From the NCBI RefSeq assembly GCF_006345805.1, contig NW_021825333.1:1-15744 (forward strand): 15,744 nt of DNA, given 5' to 3'. The notes under the pieces were generated by a model. The model saw only the letters and a program-made list of their open reading frames with translations. It was not told the origin of the DNA and ran no database searches. Below, piece after piece: positions 9,193 to 15,744 of this stretch. Source of the stretch: Octopus sinensis (taxonomy: Eukaryota). The position numbers and the translations under genes were made by a program. How positions within the stretch are numbered: position 1 is the stretch's first letter; every line of letters begins with the position of its first letter.

Positions 9193-9640
9193 GAGCCACA
9201 CCACGTCAATTTCTGGTGATACCTCACCAATTTTTATTCTCGTGATTCTTTTTCCCATGTAAGTAGGAAGAACTAGTTCGTCGGTTTTTGGAGACACTGT
9301 GGATAGAGCTTTGGCTTTATCTTCAGAGTCAAATCGAACTTCCACGGTGCCAGAATTCTTCCCTCTAGCCACGTAGGAGGTTTTTTTCCCCAAATGGGCT
9401 GAAAACATTTTCCAATTAGCTCTTTGGATATATGCTCAACTTTTTGTTCTTTATAGAAAGATGTTTGTAAATAATTGTTCTACGTGTGGTGTTCAACTTA
9501 ATTTCACTGGAAGGGGTTAAGTTTCGTTTCTATCGTCTCTGTGTATCATACATTTAATTAAAAAAAAAATTTCCATGCCTAGGTTGATTTTTCGTGGTTA
9601 ACTTTAGCGACCAACGCAAAGCTGACGCGAAAGTGCGACT
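9190..9640 (-). pseudogene. Probable ORF1-like fragment of a non-LTR retrotransposon
   Basis: Non-repetitive peptide MFSAHLGKKTSYVARGKNSGTVEVRFDSEDKAKALSTVSPKTDELVLPTYMGKRITRIKIGEVSPEIDVVWLV. Frameshifted upstream RTIIY../KEQKVEHISKELI and an SRTFASAL motif. Family assignment is by resemblance only. Confidence 0.4.
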
Positions 9641-10134
9641 TTCGCTTTTAGTGTCTATTGGGCATTTGTTAATATCATGACTGGGCGTTTGCAATATCAT
9701 AATTCGTAATACTTGCGCACTATTTCATGATTTCTGTTTTCTTCCTCTCCGTCTCTTTGAGGTAGATGCAAGGAGATCTCTTCGTAACATTTTGGCAAGG
9801 GGGCTTTTTTTGTTTCTTTTGCACGTGGGCAGTATCTTCTTCGCGACAAATTGGTCTGTCCATCCGACCGATGTGTGGCAGGTCGCCCACACAAAGGCGA
9901 ACCTTCTGCACATAGGTTTAAAAATATCGAAGGAAGTCTTAAAGTGACACCGGTGGTGTATCTCGTTCAGAGGTTCTATCGTAACTGAGAAATAAAGTTT
10001 TTGAGATATGAGTCTTGCCCTGCCTCACTTTCACAACATACGTACAATTTTTTGTATTAAATATATCTAATATTTTTTATATATCGACTTGCCTAATTTG
10101 CTTGTCCATACATTTACTCCTATATATATATATA

Positions 10135-10200
10135 TCAGGTCATCCCTTAAGTTCTGTCCACTTTTACCTTTTTTTAAAATTGAATGAAATTTAATAGTAT
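10135..10200. mobile_element. Possible single mariner-like terminus
   Basis: TA|TCAGGTCATCCCTTAAGTTCTGTCC abutting (TA)n resembles a mariner TIR. No partner TIR seen in the window. Confidence 0.35.
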
Positions 10201-11001
10201 TTTAGAATGCAATAGATCGATACTAGGGTCATAATTATGGGTGACAATTTCATATGACACCGCTAGAAAAAAACTGCCGTTCAAACCGAAAAGATCCGAT
10301 CTATTTTCTTTCGTTACACCTCACCCCTGCCAAGCAGACTTTTTCTTCACCAGATAATTCACACAAAGGAACCGTCTGGTTTAGGCAGCTCCATCGAAAG
10401 CAGAAAGCCTGGAAAAACGCTTTGGTTGCTACTTCGTCGAATTCTTCCATTCACGACTTTGTTTGACGAAACGCGCGTGGTGCGTGTTATGGCTTCTAAT
10501 TTTTGCTATAACGCTACTAATATTTACTTCAACGCTGCTGTTTTATTCTCTTTGTGAAATGTTTGCCATTTGCACTGTGATTAAATTAACTTTCTTTATA
10601 TTTTATTGTTTTCTTCTTGAGCAATTATCTTCGACCGAATATCTTTTTTTTTTTTTAGTGGGCGTTATGTCTGAGTTGAGTTGTAGCCAATTATTTATAT
10701 CGAATGAAAACAGAATTTTATGTTCTTTAAAAATATCTGAAAATGACTAACAATGCGTTTCTTCCTTCTCCACGAGGAAGAGATATCGAAGTACGTTTCA
10801 GAACAGTTCCCTGAAGAAAATAATTAAAATGAAAGAACAAAAATAACAAGGAAAAAAAAAAAAAGGAATGTTGTTTCCCTTCAATTATGATTGCTAAATT
10901 AGAACAAATTCTGCTGAGTAGCAAAATCACACATCTCTTCATGCCAGGGTGCGGCGGCAGCAACAACAGTAGCAGTAGCAGTAGTAGTATTAGTGGCAGT
11001 A

Positions 11002-11383
11002 GGAGCACTCCGTCGGTTACGACGACGAGGGTCCCAGCTGATACGATCAACGGAACAGCTTGCTCGTGGAATTAACGTGCAAGTGGCTGAGCATTCCACA
11101 GACACGTGTACCCTTAACGTAGTTCTCGAGGAGATTCAGCGTGAACACAGAGTGTGACAAGGCCGGGCCTTGAAATACAGGTACAACAGAAACAGGAAGA
11201 AAGAGTGAGAGAAAGTTGTGGTGAAAGAGTACAGCAGGGTTCACCACCATCCCTGCCGTGGCCTCGTGGAGCTTTAGGTGTTTCGCTCAATAAACACTCA
11301 CAATGCCCGGTCTGGGAATCGAAACCGCGATCCTACGACCGCGAGTCCGCTGCCCTAACCACTGGGCCATTGCGCCTCCACAG
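11002..11383 (-). mobile_element. tRNA-derived SINE family D, full length, 11-bp TSD
   Basis: Head GGAGGCGCAATGGCCCAGTGGTTAGG (A box) and GGTTTCGATTCCC (B box). TSD TAGTGGCAGTA at 10991-11001 and 11384-11394. Confidence 0.9.
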
Positions 11384-11394
11384 TAGTGGCAGTA

Positions 11395-11895
11395 TTCTTT
11401 TTATCACAGGTTTTGTTGGAGCTCCCGGAGTCTTGCATGCGTAGCGGGCTTGCTACCTACAGCCTATGGTACCAATACTTTTCTGGTTATTCTGGCCGTC
11501 CCAAGGACACAAATCTTTTGTAACAGTTCTACTGAGCCCTTTATTCCAATTTCCTTTATATTTCTCTTGATGCCTTCTGATACTGTTCCCAAGGACCCAA
11601 TAATAATTGGCACTATCTTCACCTTCTTCATTTTCCATAACTGTGGTATTTCGTACTTAAAAGGGTTGTATTTATCTATTTTTTCACCTTTCTTCTTGAC
11701 TATTTGTGGATCAAATTGACGCGCAACATCAACTATATACAGCACTTGTGGTGCATCTTGTCGATCATCACTAGGTCCGGTCTGTTATACTCTAATACCT
11801 GATCTCTTTGGTTTGGAAAATCCCAGAGGGTTTTGTAATTCCTCCGACTCCGGAACTCTCTGCGGTTGGTGCTCATACCACGTCTTGCCTCTCTC
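11395..11895 (-). mobile_element. R4/Dong-clade non-LTR retrotransposon 3' end (RLE endonuclease domain, frameshifted)
   Basis: KTWYEHQPQRVPESEE / YKTLWDFPNQRDQVLEYNRPDLVMIDKMHHKC / YIVDVARQFDPQIVKKKGEKIDKY..LWKMKKVKIVPIIIGSLGTV..LQKICVLGTARITRKVL*. This is the RPD..D..K.KY PD-(D/E)xK pattern of R4-clade RLE. Confidence 0.88.
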
Positions 11896-12098
11896 TCGAT
11901 CGAAGATAATTCTAACTGAGCTCCATCTGTAAGATCATGTGCTGTTTATCTTAATATAAGACCACTATGTCGCGTACACATGGCTGTGATGCATGTGCCT
12001 AGTGTAACCTTATCAGACTGGTAGTCATGATGGGTATACTGGGCTTCGTATACTTTACTCCAGTGTCACTTTGATGGCATGCACTGCTCTGTCACTGA

Positions 12099-12130
<32 letters not shown>

Positions 12131-12155
12131 AATGATAATGATGATGATTATGATG

Positions 12156-12189
<34 letters not shown>

Positions 12190-12253
12190 TTAAAAAAAAA
12201 ATAATAATAATAATAAATAATAATTAAAAAATATATAAATAATAATAATAATA

Positions 12254-12306
<53 letters not shown>

Positions 12307-12598
12307 GCCCTGATGCAGTACCAGGCAGTGGCTCTCGTGGCTTCTGATCTTAACTGATTGAAAGTGCTATCATGTACATTGTTCTGTCTTGGTATAAAAG
12401 ATGGGCTACAGCAAATATTCTGCTCAATACCACAGATTTGCTTGTCAGTTGTTCGACCTTAACCATCTGACCATGTCCCTTAGTGGCTGGTGATATGTGC
12501 ATCTCTGATCACGAGCAGAAGTAGTGGGGGAGCATCATAGCCATGTGTTGAGAGGGATTCTTTGGGGTTTGAATAATTCACCTCTGGAAACATGGGTG
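11896..12598. repeat. Two interspersed-repeat segments (11896-12096, 12304-12598) flanking a (GAT)n-(AAT)n tract (12097-12303)
   Basis: The microsatellite is read directly. The flanks are recalled as pieces of one abundant octopod repeat (unverified); both abut the AAT/GAT tract sharply. Confidence 0.55.
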
Positions 12599-12627
12599 GT
12601 GAATTTTTTTATCACGGATCCGTACAC

Positions 12628-12682
<55 letters not shown>

Positions 12683-13021
12683 TATTATATTATATGAAAT
12701 TACATTCCAATTTCATCTTTAATGAAATGTCACTTCATAAGATGTTTAAATTATAAATCACAGTTTGTATCATGCTGATGACTTCTAGAAAATGAAATAC
12801 TGCTATTGAAATGAAATACATGGTTAGCACTGAGTAGAAATTTCAAGAATTTCATAAGTAAGCAATAAATAAATAAATAAATAAATTACTAAATAAATAA
12901 ATATATAAATTCCTGAATTCTACGCTCTCTTTTCTTCATATTCCTTATTTTGAAATATTCAAAAATGATTATCTCTCTTGTAATAAGTGCGTCCACTAGG
13001 GTAAGATATATATATATATAT

Positions 13022-13201
13022 AGATCGTTAGCCACTACACACATTTTTTTCTCTCCTTGTTTTTTTCTGTGTCCCTTTTTGTAGAAGAGCGTAGGCTCGA
13101 AACGTAAAAGACTTTTTCTATTCCTGAGCGTTATACTAATACATCTGTTTGTTTTGTACACCACCTGTCTTCGTCTTTTGTTTATTTTCGTAAACTTTCC
13201 C
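13022..13201 (+). mobile_element. ~180-bp TA-bounded island with a hammerhead-like motif (PLE terminal-repeat-like)
   Basis: CTTT(13075)-TTGTAGAA-GAGC gtag GCTC-GAAA-CG-T-A-AAAG(13110): 4-bp stem I, perfect 4-bp stem II, ACGT palindromic stem III, GUA triplet. The 5' core is non-canonical. Confidence 0.45.
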
Positions 13202-13232
<31 letters not shown>

Positions 13233-13341
13233 CACATCAATATGTATTTATATGTATATGTTTATATATATATATATATTACTTATACATACATGTGTGT
13301 ATCTATATGTATGTACACGCACACTCACACACACATGCACA

Positions 13342-13386
<45 letters not shown>

Positions 13387-13816
13387 ATACTCATGGAAAC
13401 GTAATTAATAGGCTGGATAATATATTGTCATCTTAATGAAACAATATCTCATCAAAGATATTTCATTAGAGATGTCTTGGAAGTCTCTTCCTGTTTTTAA
13501 ATTGATTCGAAACTGACAATTTTTGACTCTTTGAGTAATTTCGAAAACTTTTGCTTTACAATTTTTCAATGAAGCATGCAATACTAAAATCAATCATCGC
13601 CGCCGGCGCCGCCAGCATCAAGCCACCCAATGTTCCCCTCTCCCACCGCTGCCACTGTCACCATCGTCACCACCGTCACCACCGCTTTACTTCCCTCTAT
13701 TTCTGTCATCTGCGTCTAATACCTGGCTGTTCTGCTGACCAGTGTCATTCCTCGTTTCAAAATTTTACTCAATGAATATTTAATGTCATATATATATATT
13801 GTGTATTTATGCTTCG

Positions 13817-14218
13817 AAGGCGGCGAGCTGGCAGAAACGTTAGCACGCCGGGCGAAATGCGTAGCCGTATTTCGTCTGCCGCTACGATCAGAGTTCAAAT
13901 TCCACCGAGGTCGACTTTGCCTTTCATCCTTTCGGGGCCGATAAATTAAGTAACAGTTGCTTACTGGGATCAATATAATCGACTTAATCCGTTTGTCTGT
14001 CATTGTTTGTCCTCTCTGTGTTGAGCCCCTTGTGGGTAGTAAAGAAAGAGTTACGTTCCGAGTTCAAATTCCGCCGAGGTCGACTTTGCCTTTCATCCTT
14101 TCGGGGTCGATAAATTAAGTAACAGTTATGCACTGGGATCGATATAATCGACTTTATCCGTTTGTCTGTCCTTCTTTGTCCCCTCTGTGTTTAGCCCCTT
14201 GTGGGTAGTAAAGAAATA
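13817..14218 (+). mobile_element. SINE family C: full copy (13817-14047) plus 5'-truncated tandem copy (14050-14218), one TSD around both
   Basis: A box TGGCAGAA..GTTAG and B box GAGTTCAAATTCC. Flanking 28-bp direct repeat 13792-13819 / 14216-14243, 27/28 identical. Confidence 0.92.
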
Positions 14219-14295
14219 TATATTGTGTATTTGTGCTTCGAAGTAGTCGTTCTGTCAGTATATTGAATATTCTTTTCATTATCATTGTTGTTGGT

Positions 14296-14705
14296 AAGGC
14301 GGCGAGTTGGTAGAATCGTTAGCACGCCAGGCAAAATACCTAGCAGCGTTTTGTCCTTCTACATCGTCATTATTTTGCTAGTTTTTCTATCAGTATCTGC
14401 AGTTCCTCTTTGTTCCAGTTCACATGACCTGCCACATATCTTACAATTGATACAGCTCTTGAATTCATTGCTTTCATAATCTTTCTAGAATTTAAATTAG
14501 ATTTCAGTATCAATTTGATCCCCCTGAAGTACTCCGTTGAAACTGTTTCCTTAACGTTCTGTCTTAAAACTCCACCAAGGTCGACTTTGCCTTTCATCCT
14601 TCCGCGGTTTGATAAAATAAGTACCAGTTAAGTAGTGAAGTCGATATAATTGACTATCCGTCTTTCCCAACAGTTAAGGCCTTGTTCCCACAGCGGAAAG
14701 GATTA
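14296..14705 (+). mobile_element. Diverged SINE family C copy with an alternative 3' tail, split by a LINE fragment
   Basis: Head 14296-14356; resumes at 14551 (ttaacgttct..tccaccaaggtcgactttgcc); ends gaaaggattatta rather than the gtgggtagtaaagaaa tail of the other copies. Confidence 0.8.
14357..14550 (-). pseudogene. Internal R4/Dong-clade ORF fragment (region just after the RT core)
   Basis: KETVSTEYFRGIKLILKSNLNSRKIMKAMNSRAVSIVRYVAGHVNWNKEELQI / DRKTSKIMTM* matches the R4 pattern EY..R...IL.S.LN..N...AIN..AV..VRY..G...W...EL..LDRKT.K. Confidence 0.8.
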
Positions 14706-14948
14706 TTACATTTATTTGTTTATTTCAAAATCTCTCGTATGATGGATAACAAATCCTCACATATGACCGCAGCCATCCAAGAACTTTCGAATAATCTTCG
14801 CCGTTGCTAATAGCAGGCCAGTTGCAAGGCAATATTTTCTGTCTATTCCTTGAGCCTCTTCTCCATCGTTTCTAAGGCTCCAAAGACAATTGGTTTGACC
14901 TCACTATTTATGCAACCCCACCGTCTGCTTATCTCAGGTCTTGATATA
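14706..14948 (-). mobile_element. Second R4/Dong-clade 3' end (heavily decayed RLE C-terminus)
   Basis: Frameshifted YQDLR / ISRRWGCIK / EVKPIVFGALETMEKRLKE*TENIALQLAC / LLATAKIIRKFLD, then a short 3' region ending in the TAATAA of the SINE C tail. Confidence 0.7.
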
Positions 14949-15036
14949 TATCTTATATATATATATATATATATATAAAGATTTCAGTAATTAATTGACC
15001 AGTTAATGATATTGAAACTGTATTATTATTATATTA

Positions 15037-15314
15037 TATTCAGTGGTTTTATTTTATAGCGTGCTTTCACTTCACTACCGAGCACAGCTCTGTGTGCCTT
15101 GGGTATGTGCTGTGATTGTTGTGATGCTCTGATGGTTATGTATGGAAAGTGTTCTGCGTAGGATGTGTGCAGTGCCTAGTAGTGCAATTTTCTGTATGTA
15201 TATGTGTTTGTAAGTCCTGGTGTTTTTGTTATGTATTTGTCTGAATATTTTTTTATCATGCTTATTGCACCTACTATGATAGGAATTGTTTCTGTTTTTA
15301 GATTCCACATTCTG

Positions 15315-15315
<1 letters not shown>
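15037..15315 (-). mobile_element. Third R4/Dong-clade 3' end, 5'-truncated, embedded in (TAA)n
   Basis: RMWNLKTETIPIIVGAISMIKKYSDKYITKTPGLTNTY / IQKIALLGTAHILRRTLSI, then a 3' UTR. TAA repeats on both sides (15021-15040, 15316-15381). Confidence 0.88.
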
Positions 15316-15382
<67 letters not shown>

Positions 15383-15447
15383 TCCATTTTACTGGGGTAT
15401 TGTCCATATATCATTTTCATTTTCCAGTTCTTTAATCTTTGTTCTCC
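15383..15447 (-). pseudogene. 65-bp internal R4/Dong-like fragment between two (TAA)n tracts
   Basis: Reads GEQRLKNWKMKMIYGQYPSKM, matching the post-RT motif R..W..K.LHGQY. Confidence 0.55.
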
Positions 15448-15455
15448 TATTATTA

Positions 15456-15492
<37 letters not shown>

Positions 15493-15535
15493 GTTGTTGT
15501 TGTTGTTGTTGTGGTGGTGGTGGTGGTAGTGGTGG
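15448..15535. repeat. Graded trinucleotide tract (TTA)n-(TTG)n-(GTG)n
   Basis: Direct reading. Confidence 0.92.
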
Positions 15536-15744
15536 AAGGCGGCGAGCTGGCAGAATCGTTAGCGCGCCGGGCGAAATGCGTAGCCGTATTTCGTATGCCG
15601 TTACGTTCTGAGTTCAAATTCCGCCGAGGTCCACTTTGCCTTTCATCCTTTCGGGGTCGATAAATTAAGTACCAGTTACGCACTAGGGTCGATATAATCG
15701 ACTTAATCCGTTTGCCTGTCCTTGTTTGTCCCCTCTCAGTGTTT
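15536..15744 (+). mobile_element. SINE family C copy, runs off window end
   Basis: Near-identical to 13817-14047. Confidence 0.93.

Noticed and set aside
9697-9913. Three overlapping minus-strand ORFs with a vague zinc-knuckle-like GRPATH..GQT..YCP
   Set aside because: Needs several frameshifts to give a CCHC motif, and lies upstream of the putative ORF1 start, so it is not collinear.
10135-10750. Complete mariner element
   Set aside because: Only one TIR-like end was seen. No partner TIR and no recognisable transposase motifs in the adjacent ORFs.
13596-13686. GC-rich island suggesting an exon or promoter
   Set aside because: It is a degenerate CCG/CCA/TCA trinucleotide low-complexity tract with no supporting ORF or splice signals.

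Overview
AT-rich, repeat-saturated eukaryotic non-coding DNA. The SINE and LINE families look like octopod cephalopod (Octopus) repeats; this is recognised from memory and not verified by a search. No intact host gene, RNA gene or CRISPR array is supported, and nearly all ORFs in the track are microsatellite or minisatellite read-through. Contents: (i) at least four tRNA-headed SINE families (working names A, C, D, E), including nested, split and tandem copies, two insertions with target-site duplications; (ii) five minus-strand relics of R4/Dong-clade RLE non-LTR retrotransposons, three of them adjoining (TAA)n-type tracts; (iii) a decayed Penelope-like (PLE) reverse transcriptase fragment and several minimal hammerhead-ribozyme-like motifs in short islands next to (TA)n tracts, the best at 7693-7755 (-); (iv) a 248-bp MITE with 24-bp TIRs and TA TSD; (v) long micro- and minisatellites, two with higher-order structure.
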